From Armatimonadota bacterium (GTDB lineage Bacteria; Armatimonadota; UBA5829; DTLH01), in NCBI GenBank assembly GCA_039679675.1, contig JBDKUN010000031.1, positions 957-64,956 of the forward strand: DNA of 64,000 bases, in the 5' to 3' direction. Position 1 is the stretch's first letter. The number at the start of each line of letters is the position of its first letter. Below the pieces are notes generated by a model that was not told the DNA's origin, searched no databases, and saw nothing but the letters and a program-made list of their open reading frames with translations. Shown one piece after another: positions 9,515 to 19,159 of the stretch. Both the position numbers and the translations under genes were made by a program.

Positions 9515-11650
9515 TCATTCACCCATCTCTTTCTTTAGTGCATCTTCCAAAGCAGCTTCTACACCTATCCAGGATGTTTCCTCTGTCGGCGTTTTCGGAT
9601 CGAACGGCGTAAGTGCGGCTGCCTGTGTTATGGGAAAAGTGATCTGTGTTCCGTTGAGCGAGAACGTGGCAGATGCTGCTCCAAAATCAACCAGCCTTGC
9701 GTCTTTCAGTGTATCACCTGTTCTTAGTGTTCGCTTTACTGGCCTATCCCCTATTTGAGAATACATAACGGCCTTAGGCTCATTATCATCATCATGCGTT
9801 CTCTGGCCAATATAGTTCCATTCCGAAAGAGAATTCATTACCACAAGCACCTGCGGCTGTGTAGGCGCTGGTTTATCATCAGCTTTAGGGGCAGATTGTG
9901 CGGTTTTACTATAAGCCCTCGGTACCGGCAATCTAATGTCAATCGGCCATGTTGTTCCATCAACAAAGCCGAACGTAAATGTTACGGGATGATTCCAGCT
10001 GTTTTGAGGGCCTCGGTCATTGACACTGAAATAAGAAGGTTTAGGGAGCAAATCTACAGCGGTTACAACACTTCTTAGCGCCTCATAGAAGAGGTCTCTC
10101 TGCTTATTTTCCAATACTGTGAATGAGATACCTCCATTACATGCTTTTTCACGTCGCCTGGGGCTAAGTGAAGCATATAATCGTATGAACTCAGGCCTTG
10201 CTCCGGCGTACGCTATACCTGAATTCTCTAGATCATCCGGCACATTTCCAGGTAAAGCATCGAGTTGTTTCTGGTTCAATAATGAGACTACCTCTGCCAA
10301 ACCATCAAGATCGAATGTGCCATTGGTTTTCGCTGCAACAGCGCGGAGTTTATTTATAGTAGACAGGGGTATGTTTTCAGCAAGTCTATCCGCAAAATGC
10401 CTGGAAACGAGGATTATCTGCTCGTTTTGATAAGCCCAGACATAATCAAGTATGCTATCTGCTGCCAAGTCGAGGGCATACCCAAGCTGTGTATTACCAG
10501 TGACCTTTACCTCCCATACTACTTGAGGCTCAAAAGCAAAGAGTGAATATCCCTTTTGTTTGCAGATATCCTGGATTAAGTCCGTACTGTGATAACGCTT
10601 TTCAGCCGGATGACTAAGGAGTTGTTTGTCTATTTCGATATCAGTCGCATTCCTCAGGCCAAATCTGGGAGGAGTTTCTGTCAAGCGCGTTTCTTTTTCT
10701 TTTTCTATAGCTTCATCGTATAATCTGTAGAAATCAGCTCTCTCCGATTCCAGTGAATCCTCGGCAGCTTCCATAGACATGCCCTTTGCGTTCAGCAGCA
10801 ATGCACGATAATCAGGATAATAAGTAAACTTCGGCTCTACGAAACCCGTTGTTTCGATTCCCGAAAATGGATCGTTAGATTCGATGCATAAAGTTAGCCC
10901 ATACATATCATCATAATTGGTGATCCGCAAAGTTCCGGTGTTAACAAACATACTCTCCAGTTCCTTCACACTCGGAGCATTGTCACCATCCTGTTGTGCA
11001 TGCTTTTTAGCTGACTCTTCTATCCCCCTTCGAGCAGTATTATTAAGAAGCTTTTTCTGCATGTCTGCAGGTAGATCTCGGATATTCACGTTTAAGCCTT
11101 CAGGACTGAAAGACTGGTCAATCTGTTCATCATTGAAGCCGGTAAGTAATTCAATTTCTGTATGATCTGACGAGCAGGTAAGACCCAACACAAGTCGCGG
11201 GTCTGTTTCGGCAAGTGATTGCAACTCTTCTTTAGAAAGGGCCAACGCAGCTCTATATTCGGCAAGACGTTTCTTAACGTACTGTGCGATTCTTTTTTGA
11301 TCTTCTTCATCTGCGGCGTCAGCGAGGCTGCTCCACTTGCTTCTTTCGATGTAGTCCGGTCCGAGCACCTTATATGTGGTCCCATCTGCCGGTTTGATGC
11401 TTATCCACTGGTAGCCCGGCAGGAGGTCAAGCCCCTGTTCTACCTTATCCGTGGATGAGGGGTCCACGTACACCGAAAGTTTGTCTTCGGCTACCGAGTC
11501 ACTTGCCCAAAGCTCGATTTTGGATGCAGCCCTGGCCTTTTCAAGAAGCGTGGTGATGCTGATGCTGTTACTTTTGAGCGGTTCAGCGCTTGCCGGTATG
11601 GATGAAGCAAGTGATAAAACAGATAAGCAGAAAAGCATTACGGTGCGCAT
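9515..11650 (-). CDS. Uncharacterised secreted protein, paralog 1 of tandem triplet
   Basis: 711 aa with signal peptide 'MRTVMLFCLSVLSLASSIPASA/EP'. N- and C-terminal thirds are shared with two downstream paralogs. AAGGAGACGACAA-ATG RBS. No recognisable catalytic motif. Confidence 0.8.
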   Translation of the reverse strand: MRTVMLFCLSVLSLASSIPASAEPLKSNSISITTLLEKARAASKIELWASDSVAEDKLSVYVDPSSTDKVEQGLDLLPGYQWISIKPADGTTYKVLGPDYIERSKWSSLADAADEEDQKRIAQYVKKRLAEYRAALALSKEELQSLAETDPRLVLGLTCSSDHTEIELLTGFNDEQIDQSFSPEGLNVNIRDLPADMQKKLLNNTARRGIEESAKKHAQQDGDNAPSVKELESMFVNTGTLRITNYDDMYGLTLCIESNDPFSGIETTGFVEPKFTYYPDYRALLLNAKGMSMEAAEDSLESERADFYRLYDEAIEKEKETRLTETPPRFGLRNATDIEIDKQLLSHPAEKRYHSTDLIQDICKQKGYSLFAFEPQVVWEVKVTGNTQLGYALDLAADSILDYVWAYQNEQIILVSRHFADRLAENIPLSTINKLRAVAAKTNGTFDLDGLAEVVSLLNQKQLDALPGNVPDDLENSGIAYAGARPEFIRLYASLSPRRREKACNGGISFTVLENKQRDLFYEALRSVVTAVDLLPKPSYFSVNDRGPQNSWNHPVTFTFGFVDGTTWPIDIRLPVPRAYSKTAQSAPKADDKPAPTQPQVLVVMNSLSEWNYIGQRTHDDDNEPKAVMYSQIGDRPVKRTLRTGDTLKDARLVDFGAASATFSLNGTQITFPITQAAALTPFDPKTPTEETSWIGVEAALEDALKKEMGE

Positions 11651-11704
11651 TTGTCGTCTCCTTTATTTATAACTCAATAGACTCCGATAATGGGAACCAC
11701 GGTA

Positions 11705-13843
11705 TCAGTTACTCAACTCTTTCTCTAGAGCTTCTTCCCAAATTTTGTCTACACCCATCCAAGCCGTATAGATTGATGGAGCTTTCGGGTCGAATGGCGC
11801 GAGCGAAGTAGCCTGAGTTATGGGAAAAGTGATCTGTGCCCCGTCGAGAGTGAATATAGCGGATTTTTCCCCGATCTCAACCAGTTTCGCGCCTTCCAGG
11901 GTTTCTCCTACCTTTAATATGCGTTTTACGAGTTTATCTCCTATTTGAGAATACATGATTGCCTTAGTTACGTTATCATCATCATGCTCTCTCCTGCCGG
12001 AATAGTTCCATTCTGCAAGCGATTTCATCACAGTAAGCACCTGCGGCTGTGTAGACGCTGGATTATCAACAGCTTTAGGGGCAGATTGAGCGGTTTTATT
12101 ATTGACCCCCGGTACCGGTAATTGAAGATCGAACGGTAATGTTGTCCCATCGACAAAGCCGAATGTAAATGTTATGAAGTGGTAATTGCCATTCTGGGAG
12201 CCTCGGTCATCAATACTGAAATATGAAGGCTCAGGGAGCAAGTCTACTGCAGTTGCAACACTTCCCAATGCCTCATAGAACAGATCCTTTTGCTTACTTC
12301 CCAATACTGTGAATGAAACACCTCCATTACAGGCACTTTTACGCCGATGAGGACTGAGAGAAGCATATAGCTTTATAAGCGCGCTATTGAGTTTCGCATA
12401 ATATATACCTGTAGCTACTATACCTTTCCCTGCTAAACTTGTAATTGCTAAATCTGTCGGTATATTTTCTGGTAAGGCATTTAGCTGTCTCCAATTCAGC
12501 AATGAGACCACCTCTGCCAAACCATCGAGATCGAATATACCGCCGGTTTGAGCAGCAATAGCTCGGAGCTTATTTATAGTAGGCAGTGGTATGTTTTCAG
12601 CAAGTTTATAAGTGAAATGTCTGGGAATGAAGATTATCTGCCCGTCCTGATAAGCCCAGACATAATCACACAGGTTATCTGCTACCTGGTCCAGCGCAAA
12701 TCCGAGTTGCGTGTTATCAGCAATGGTTTCCCCTCGTGGACCGGGCTCAAAAGCAATGAATGAATACTCTTTTTGTTTGCAGATATCCTGTATGATTTTT
12801 ATGCACATGTCCTGAGGCTTCAGACCGCTTACCTTGACATCAGGAGCGTTCCTCAAGCCGAACCTGGGAGGGTTTTCCGTTAGACGTGTTTCTTTTTCTT
12901 TTTCCTTAATATCCATTAGTATATCGAAGAGATAATCTTCTTTTTCCTGTAAATCTTTGATAGCCTCTGTAGAGATACTCTTTGCACGTAATAGAGATAA
13001 GCGAGATGGATGATAATTAGAATACTTGGAGCCCATGACATAAAACAGACAATAATCAGACAATGGATCATTGGATTTGATGGTTACAGAAAATCCGCCC
13101 ATATCATAACCGGTAAGCTGTAAAGTCCCGGTGTTAATAAGCACTTCCTCCAGTTCTTTCGCGCTCGGAGCACTTGTGCCATCCCGTTTTTTATGCTTAT
13201 TGGCTGACCTGTATATCATCCCTCGAATAATATTGTCCAGGAGATTTTCTTGCATAGCTGCAGGTAGATCACGGACATTCATTCTCAAACCCTGCGGGCT
13301 GAGGACCTGGTTCATCTGCTCATTATTCAAGCTAACAATCAGTTCTACTGCTACGCGAAAGCAGGGTGTGGTAAGGTCATAGACGATTTTTGGGTCTTTC
13401 GCTGCAAGAGACTGAAGTCCGTCTTTAGAGAGAGCCAGTGCTGCTCTATACTCGGCGAGTTGTTTCGCAGCGTATTGCCTAACTCTTTTTTGATCTTCTT
13501 CATCTGCGGCGTCAGCAAGGTTGCGCCACTTGCTTCTTTCGATGTAGTCCGGTCCGAGCACCTTATATGCGGTCCCATCTGCCGGTTTGATGCTTATCCA
13601 CTGGTATCCAGGCAATAGATCAAGCCCCTGTTCCACCTTACCCGCGTATGAAGGGTCCACATACACCGAGAGTTTGTCTTCGGCTACAGAGTCACTTGCC
13701 CAAAGCTCGATTTTGGATGCAGCCCTGGCCTTTTCAAGAAGATTTATGATGCTGATGCTGTTACTTTTGAGCGGTTCGGCGCTTGCCGGTATGGATGAAG
13801 CAAGTGATAAAACAGATAAGCAGAAAAGCATTACGGTGCGCAT
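11705..13843 (-). CDS. Uncharacterised secreted protein, paralog 2 of tandem triplet
   Basis: 712 aa. Its 5' approximately 400 nt are nearly identical to paralog 1. Its 3' approximately 300 nt are nearly identical to paralog 3. Confidence 0.8.
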   Translation of the reverse strand: MRTVMLFCLSVLSLASSIPASAEPLKSNSISIINLLEKARAASKIELWASDSVAEDKLSVYVDPSYAGKVEQGLDLLPGYQWISIKPADGTAYKVLGPDYIERSKWRNLADAADEEDQKRVRQYAAKQLAEYRAALALSKDGLQSLAAKDPKIVYDLTTPCFRVAVELIVSLNNEQMNQVLSPQGLRMNVRDLPAAMQENLLDNIIRGMIYRSANKHKKRDGTSAPSAKELEEVLINTGTLQLTGYDMGGFSVTIKSNDPLSDYCLFYVMGSKYSNYHPSRLSLLRAKSISTEAIKDLQEKEDYLFDILMDIKEKEKETRLTENPPRFGLRNAPDVKVSGLKPQDMCIKIIQDICKQKEYSFIAFEPGPRGETIADNTQLGFALDQVADNLCDYVWAYQDGQIIFIPRHFTYKLAENIPLPTINKLRAIAAQTGGIFDLDGLAEVVSLLNWRQLNALPENIPTDLAITSLAGKGIVATGIYYAKLNSALIKLYASLSPHRRKSACNGGVSFTVLGSKQKDLFYEALGSVATAVDLLPEPSYFSIDDRGSQNGNYHFITFTFGFVDGTTLPFDLQLPVPGVNNKTAQSAPKAVDNPASTQPQVLTVMKSLAEWNYSGRREHDDDNVTKAIMYSQIGDKLVKRILKVGETLEGAKLVEIGEKSAIFTLDGAQITFPITQATSLAPFDPKAPSIYTAWMGVDKIWEEALEKELSN

Positions 13844-13897
13844 TTGTCGTCTCCTTTATTTATAACTCAATAGACTCCGATAATAGGAACCACGGCA

Positions 13898-16054
13898 TCA
13901 TTCACTCATCTCTTTCCTTACAGCTTCTGCCCAGGCTTTGTCTACACCCATCCAGTATGTATAAAATGATGGTGATTTCGGATCGAATGGCGCGAGCGAA
14001 GTAGCCTGAGTTATGGGAAAAGTGATCTGTGCCCCGTCGAGAGTGAATATAGCGGATTTTTCTCCGATTTCAACCAGTTTCGCGCCTTCCAGGGTTTCTC
14101 CTACCTGTAATATGCGTTTTACGAGTTTATCCCCTATTTGGGAATACATGATCGCTTTAAGCTCATTGTCATCATCATGCTCTCGCCTGCCGGAATAGTT
14201 CCATTCTGCAAGCGATTTCATCACAGTAAGCACCTGCGGCTGTGTAGGCTCTGCCTTATCATCAGCCTTAGGAGCAGATTGAGCGGTTTTACTATTATCT
14301 TTGGGTAACGGCAATTGAAGATCGAACGGCAAGGCTGTCTCGTCGGCAAAGCCGAATGTAAATGTTATGGGGTGATACCTGCCATTTGGGGAATCACGGT
14401 CATCGACACTGAAGTATGAGGGTTCAGGAAGCAAGTCTACTGCATTTACAACTCTTCCCAATGCCTCATAGAACAGGGCTATTTGTTTATTTCCAAATAC
14501 TGTGTATGAGACACCTCCATTACATGCTTTTTCACGCCGGCGTGGACTGAGTGAAGCATATAACCTTACGGCGGGTTCCTTAATATAGTCTATACCTGTA
14601 GCTCTTAGGTCATCCGGTGCATTCTCCGGTAAAGCATCGATCTGTCTCTGATTAAGTAGTGGAACCGCCTCCGCCAGGCCGTCAAGATCGAATGTGCCGT
14701 TGGTTTTCGCTGCAATAGCTCGGAGTTTATTTATAGTAGACAGCGGTATACCTGCAGCGAGTCTATCTTCAAAATGCCTGGGAGCGAGAATTAGCTGATC
14801 ATCCTGGTAAGCCCAGACATAATCACCTAAATAATCACGAAGAATACCCAGACTATCCATCGCCAGGTCCAGAGCATAACCGAACTGCATATCATCGGTT
14901 GCCTTTAATCCACGGTTCCGATAAGGTTCAAAGGCAAAGAGTGAACAGCCTTTCTGGCTGCAGACGCTTTGGACGAATTCCACGCCTCGATAATAGGGAT
15001 ATCCTTCCACTACAGGTTTACCAAGAAGCTGTCTGTCTATCCTAAAATCAGGGGCATTCCTCGAGCCGAATCTGGGAGGGGCTTCTGCAAAACGGGTCTC
15101 TTTTTCCTTTGCCATAGCATCAGTCCACAAGTTAAAGAAATAATCTTCTTCTGCGTTCCGTAAATTCCAGGCATCTTCCTTGGACATGGTCTTTTCTCTT
15201 AGATTCAATACATAAATCCAATAATTATCTGTATATGTGGGGCCTATAATAGATGATTGATACCCTCCAAACAAGGGAACATCCGATCTGATGTCCACAG
15301 TAAACCCGCCCGAACCATAACCGGAGAATTGTAGAGTTCCGGTGTTAACAAACACTTTTAGTAACTCTTTTGCGCTTGGAGCATTAGCACCATATCTTTT
15401 TGCCAGTCTTTTAGCTGGCTCATCCACCATTCCTCGAATCCTACTATCGAGAAACTTTTCCTGTTTATCTGCAGGCAAATCACGGACGTTTACTTTCAGA
15501 CCCTGCGGGCTAAGAATCTGGTTCAACTGCTCATTGTTGAAGTTGGCAAGTAATTCTGCTTCTACACGAGAGGACGGGGTGGTAAGGTTACACACAAGCT
15601 GCGGGTCTGTCTCGGCGAGTGATTGCAGTTCATCGTTGGAAAGAGCCATCGCCGCTCTATATTCGGAGAGGCGTTTTTCCAAAAATTCTCTGACTTTTCT
15701 TCTTTCTTCTTCATCTGCGGCGTCAGCGAGGCTGCGCCACTTGCTTCTTTCGATGTAGTCCGGTCCGAGCACCTTATATACAGTCCCATCTGCCGGTTTG
15801 ATGCTTATCCACTGGTATCCAGGCAGGAGATCGAGCCCCTGTTCCACCTTATCTGAGGATGACTGGTCTACATACACCGAAAGTCTATCTTCGGCTACCG
15901 AGTCACTGGCCCAAAGTTCAACTTTGGATGCAGCCCTGGCCTTTTCAAGAAGATTTATGATGCTGATGCTATCACTTTTGAGCGGTTCAGCGCTTGCCGG
16001 TATGGATGAAGCAAGTGATAAAACAGACAAGCAGAAAAGCATTACGATACGCAT
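13898..16054 (-). CDS. Uncharacterised secreted protein, paralog 3 of tandem triplet
   Basis: 718 aa with the same signal peptide and conserved blocks ('KEKETR..PPRFG.RNAPD', 'DYVWAYQ', 'TINKLRAIAAKTNGTFDLDGLAE', 'ACNGG.S.TV'). Confidence 0.8.
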   Translation of the reverse strand: MRIVMLFCLSVLSLASSIPASAEPLKSDSISIINLLEKARAASKVELWASDSVAEDRLSVYVDQSSSDKVEQGLDLLPGYQWISIKPADGTVYKVLGPDYIERSKWRSLADAADEEERRKVREFLEKRLSEYRAAMALSNDELQSLAETDPQLVCNLTTPSSRVEAELLANFNNEQLNQILSPQGLKVNVRDLPADKQEKFLDSRIRGMVDEPAKRLAKRYGANAPSAKELLKVFVNTGTLQFSGYGSGGFTVDIRSDVPLFGGYQSSIIGPTYTDNYWIYVLNLREKTMSKEDAWNLRNAEEDYFFNLWTDAMAKEKETRFAEAPPRFGSRNAPDFRIDRQLLGKPVVEGYPYYRGVEFVQSVCSQKGCSLFAFEPYRNRGLKATDDMQFGYALDLAMDSLGILRDYLGDYVWAYQDDQLILAPRHFEDRLAAGIPLSTINKLRAIAAKTNGTFDLDGLAEAVPLLNQRQIDALPENAPDDLRATGIDYIKEPAVRLYASLSPRRREKACNGGVSYTVFGNKQIALFYEALGRVVNAVDLLPEPSYFSVDDRDSPNGRYHPITFTFGFADETALPFDLQLPLPKDNSKTAQSAPKADDKAEPTQPQVLTVMKSLAEWNYSGRREHDDDNELKAIMYSQIGDKLVKRILQVGETLEGAKLVEIGEKSAIFTLDGAQITFPITQATSLAPFDPKSPSFYTYWMGVDKAWAEAVRKEMSE

Positions 16055-16188
16055 TTGTCATCCCCCATTGCCAGCCCAATCTAGCTCAACCAACCAGGCT
16101 GCTAAATTACTTAAAAGGACTTTCCGGCGTTCCAGAAAGTTCCTTATTTTAACTCATGATTGGGATATAAGATAACAAATGGTATGCT

Positions 16189-16905
16189 TTAGCTTCCTAT
16201 TCTCGCAATAACTACCGTCACATTGTCCGAATTTGGGTAAAGGGCAGCAGCATCGGTAAGCAATGTGCAGGTCTGGTCATCATAGGAGGCCAGTACTTCG
16301 AGGATTACTTCTTCCGGGATCACATCCGTCAGGCCGTCTGTACATAAGAGAAGCAGGTCTCCGGATTGTGCTTCGATACTGGAAGGCTCGACCGGCAGCA
16401 GCGGCTGCCAGCCCACCGCGTGGTTGACCAGCGTCACACCGTTCGGCTGCTTCAGCCATTCATCTTTGGTGAGAGGTATAAGTTCATTCTGCCGGTATAT
16501 GTAAGCCCTGCTGTCCCCAACAGAGACGATGTGGACCTCTCTATCCGTCAGAGCGACAGCGACGCAGGTAGTCCCCATCCCCTTAAGAGACTCATCCTCT
16601 GTCTGGGCACGAAAAACTGCTGCATTTGCCTTCTGGAGTGCGAACCTGAGCAGGTGAGGCACATCCGACACAGATTTATTCGCAACAATGCATCCGGCGG
16701 AAAAGACTTCCGCGAGGGTCTTCAAGGCCAGCTCGCTTGCCTGTGCTCCCGTTGCCCGCCCGCCGATGCCGTCCGCTACCGCCAGAAGCCCGATCGTTCC
16801 GCATGGCGCCGACTCACCTGCGAGCGCAAGATACCCGTCTTCATTTACCTCTTTCGAACCCTTATGACTTGCACAACTGACCACAATTCGAGTTTCTACA
16901 GCCAC
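16189..16905 (-). CDS. PP2C-family Ser/Thr protein phosphatase
   Basis: 'KEVNEDGY', 'LAVADGIGGRATG', 'VSVGDSRAYIY' and 'LLLCTDGLTDV' are PP2C metal-binding motifs. GTG start with AGGAG RBS. Confidence 0.7.
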   Translation of the reverse strand: MAVETRIVVSCASHKGSKEVNEDGYLALAGESAPCGTIGLLAVADGIGGRATGAQASELALKTLAEVFSAGCIVANKSVSDVPHLLRFALQKANAAVFRAQTEDESLKGMGTTCVAVALTDREVHIVSVGDSRAYIYRQNELIPLTKDEWLKQPNGVTLVNHAVGWQPLLPVEPSSIEAQSGDLLLLCTDGLTDVIPEEVILEVLASYDDQTCTLLTDAAALYPNSDNVTVVIARIGS

Positions 16906-16942
16906 ATCATCATCTCCTATCTATCGCCAGTTTACCCAATTC

Positions 16943-16971
16943 TTGACGCATACCTCTACCATAGGTATAAT
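16943..16971 (+). promoter_or_regulatory. Sigma70-like promoter (TTGACG-N17-TATAAT) upstream of queD operon
   Basis: Perfect 17-bp spacing, about 65 nt upstream of the queD ATG at 17038. Confidence 0.55.
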
Positions 16972-17037
16972 ATCACAGTTCGCGGAGCCGCAAACCGCGG
17001 ACATTTCGTAATTCCGTCAAGGAAGGCGGTATTCCCC

Positions 17038-17400
17038 ATGTTTGAAATAACTGTTGAAGAGAAATTCGATGCCGCACACTGCCTTCGCGGCTATCCTGGA
17101 AACTGTGAACGTCTGCACGGGCACACCTACAAAGTGCAGGTCCTCCTTCGCACGCCGAACCTCGATAAAATCGGGATGGCTGTCGATTTCAGATCTGTCC
17201 GGGCGGCTTTAAGAGAAATAATCGAGTCGCTCGACCATACATTCTTGAACGAACTGCCGGATTTTACCGAGACCAACCCAACAGCCGAGAACCTTGCCTG
17301 CTACATATACGTAAAAATGAGCAAAAAATTCGCCAGCCAGGTAAAGAAAGTTACTGTCTGGGAGACTGATTCAGCCGCTGCCAGCTACTGGGAGGAATAA
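17038..17400 (+). CDS. queD: 6-carboxy-5,6,7,8-tetrahydropterin synthase (6-pyruvoyl-tetrahydropterin synthase family)
   Basis: 120 aa with 'CLRGYPGNCERLHGHTYKV' (Cx3HGH Zn/catalytic motif) and a 'DHTFLNE' block. AGGAAGG RBS. The track's longer ORF from 16366 is antisense to the PP2C gene and was trimmed. Confidence 0.75.
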   Translation: MFEITVEEKFDAAHCLRGYPGNCERLHGHTYKVQVLLRTPNLDKIGMAVDFRSVRAALREIIESLDHTFLNELPDFTETNPTAENLACYIYVKMSKKFASQVKKVTVWETDSAAASYWEE

Positions 17401-18263
17401 TGAGCAAATTTCTCGATCTGATCGAGCATAAGCCGGTCATCTGCGACGGTGCGGTAGGCACGGAGATCCACCGCCGAAGCGGCAGGATGGACCAATGCCT
17501 CGACAGCATCAACCTGACCAATCCCGATCTCATCCGCCAAATCCACCACGACTATGCAGCCGCAGGAGCGCAGATCCTCGAAACGAACACATTCGGAGCC
17601 AACCGCATCAGGCTTTCGGCTCATGGGCTTGCCGGTTCTGTAAGAGAGATCAACATGGCAGGCGCGAGAATAGCAAGAGAAGAAGCAAAAGGCGGTATCG
17701 TTGTGGCGGGCTCTATGGGCTCGACGGGAAAGATTCTGGAACCTTACGGCGCGCTTTTGGTAGATGAAGCCCGTGAAGTATTCGATGAGCAGGCCGAAGC
17801 CCTGAAGGACGGCGGAGTGGACGTCATCTTCGTGGAGACGATGGCCGATTTGAACGAGGCCACCGCCGCCGTGAGTGCAGCAAAAGCGACCGGGCTTCCG
17901 ATAGTCGCGCAGATGTCCTTTTCTCAAGAAGGCCGGACTATGATGGGAGTCGACCCTGCGACTGCCGTTCGGACATTCGAGGGACTTGGTGCGGATGTTG
18001 TCGGCGCTAACTGCGGAACAGGGTTCCATGATATGTTAGGTGTGGTACGTGAAATGGTTGCCGTGGCTGCAAGACCTGTCATCGCCCAGCCGAACGCGGG
18101 ATTCCCTCAGTTTGTGGACGGGCGGCTGGTGTATGTCAGTGGACCGGCGTACATGGCGGATTATGCCCGGCAGTTTGCAGATTTGGGTGTAGCGATAATA
18201 GGCGGATGCTGCGGGACTACTCCAGAGCATATCCGCGCTATCGCTCAGGCGCTGGGGAGGTAA
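17400..18263 (+). CDS. Homocysteine S-methyltransferase domain protein (MetH N-terminal/MmuM/YitJ-N like)
   Basis: 'PVICDGAVGTE', 'LETNTFGAN', 'VGANCGTG' and 'IGGCCGTTPEHI' are Hcy-binding/Zn motifs. The start overlaps the queD stop (ATGA) and is preceded by GGGAGG. Confidence 0.7.
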   Translation: MSKFLDLIEHKPVICDGAVGTEIHRRSGRMDQCLDSINLTNPDLIRQIHHDYAAAGAQILETNTFGANRIRLSAHGLAGSVREINMAGARIAREEAKGGIVVAGSMGSTGKILEPYGALLVDEAREVFDEQAEALKDGGVDVIFVETMADLNEATAAVSAAKATGLPIVAQMSFSQEGRTMMGVDPATAVRTFEGLGADVVGANCGTGFHDMLGVVREMVAVAARPVIAQPNAGFPQFVDGRLVYVSGPAYMADYARQFADLGVAIIGGCCGTTPEHIRAIAQALGR

Positions 18264-18267
18264 CTCT

Positions 18268-19137
18268 ATGGCGCTTAGAGACAAACTAGGGAAAGATTTC
18301 GTAACTACAGTGGAGATTGACCCGCCGCGCGGCGTCGCCATCGAGAAAACAATCGGGAAAGCGTCGGTTTTGCGAGGTTTCGATGCCATAAACATCGCCG
18401 ACAGCCCTATGGCAAGGGTGCGTATGAGCCCTGTTGCGCTCGCCCACCTCTTGCGCGAATGCATGGGCATCGACACGATCCTGCATATGACCTGCCGGGA
18501 CCGAAACCTGCTCAGTTTGCAGTCGGACCTTCTTGGGGCTTATGCGCTTGGGGTGCATAACGTGCTTGCGCTGACGGGCGACCCGGTAAGTATCGGGGAT
18601 TATCCGCAGGCGACTGGTGTTTTTGATGTGACGAGCGAAGGGCTGGTGCGGGTCATCAGCCGTTTGAACAGCGGGATGGACCTTGCGGGAAATTCGCTCT
18701 CGGAGCCACCGAAGTTCTGTATAGGAGTGGCGGTCAATCCTGCTTCGAGCGATCTTCCGAAGGAGATAGGCAGGCTGGAAAAGAAGATGGAGGCCGGAGC
18801 TCATTTCGCGCTCACGCAGCCGGTGTATGACCTGGCAGTCCTTGAAAAGTTTGCAAAGTTGGTCGATGGTAGTAAAATACCGGTATTGGTCGGCGTGCTT
18901 CCGTTGAAAAGCTCGAAACATGCCGAATATTTGCATAATGAAGTGCCGGGAATTGATGTCCCGGAGCATATCAGAATGCGTATAAGAAATTCCGACGAGG
19001 AACATGCGCGGGCGACAGGCGTCGATATTGCCGTGGAGTTCCTTCGGAATGCAAAGGATTTGGCAGCCGGTGCATACTTTATGCCTCCTTTTGGGGACTA
19101 TGAGATGGCTGCGCAGATCGTGGCAGAAGCGTTATAG
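18268..19137 (+). CDS. metF: 5,10-methylenetetrahydrofolate reductase
   Basis: 289 aa with 'DFVTTVEIDPPRG', 'INIADSPMARVRMS' and 'TCRDRN' TIM-barrel MTHFR motifs. GGGGAGG RBS. Confidence 0.7.
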   Translation: MALRDKLGKDFVTTVEIDPPRGVAIEKTIGKASVLRGFDAINIADSPMARVRMSPVALAHLLRECMGIDTILHMTCRDRNLLSLQSDLLGAYALGVHNVLALTGDPVSIGDYPQATGVFDVTSEGLVRVISRLNSGMDLAGNSLSEPPKFCIGVAVNPASSDLPKEIGRLEKKMEAGAHFALTQPVYDLAVLEKFAKLVDGSKIPVLVGVLPLKSSKHAEYLHNEVPGIDVPEHIRMRIRNSDEEHARATGVDIAVEFLRNAKDLAAGAYFMPPFGDYEMAAQIVAEAL

Positions 19138-19159
19138 TGCTTAGTTAAGGAATTACATT

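Larger units (their letters stand above)
9515..16090 (-). repeat. Tandem triplication of approximately 2.19 kb gene units (three secreted-protein paralogs plus near-identical 54-bp intergenic spacers)
   Basis: Spacers 11651-11704 and 13844-13897 are almost identical. The coding ends of adjacent units are near-identical at the DNA level, while the centres are diverged. Confidence 0.8.

Noticed and set aside
11451-16175. Recurring 70-125 aa plus-strand ORFs inside the triplicated genes (11451-11672, 13587-13865, 15798-16175 and others)
   Set aside because: They recur only because the underlying DNA is repeated. They are antisense to strong CDSs and have no start context.
16366-17037. 5' extension of the queD reading frame given by the ORF track (344 aa)
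   Set aside because: The upstream part is antisense to the PP2C gene. The conserved QueD domain starts at the ATG at 17038, which has an AGGAAGG RBS and a promoter just upstream.
16972-17037. Possible preQ1 riboswitch in the queD leader
   Set aside because: The leader does not match the preQ1-I consensus (a short stem-loop followed by an A-rich tail such as CCC..UAAAAAACUA) or the preQ1-II consensus.
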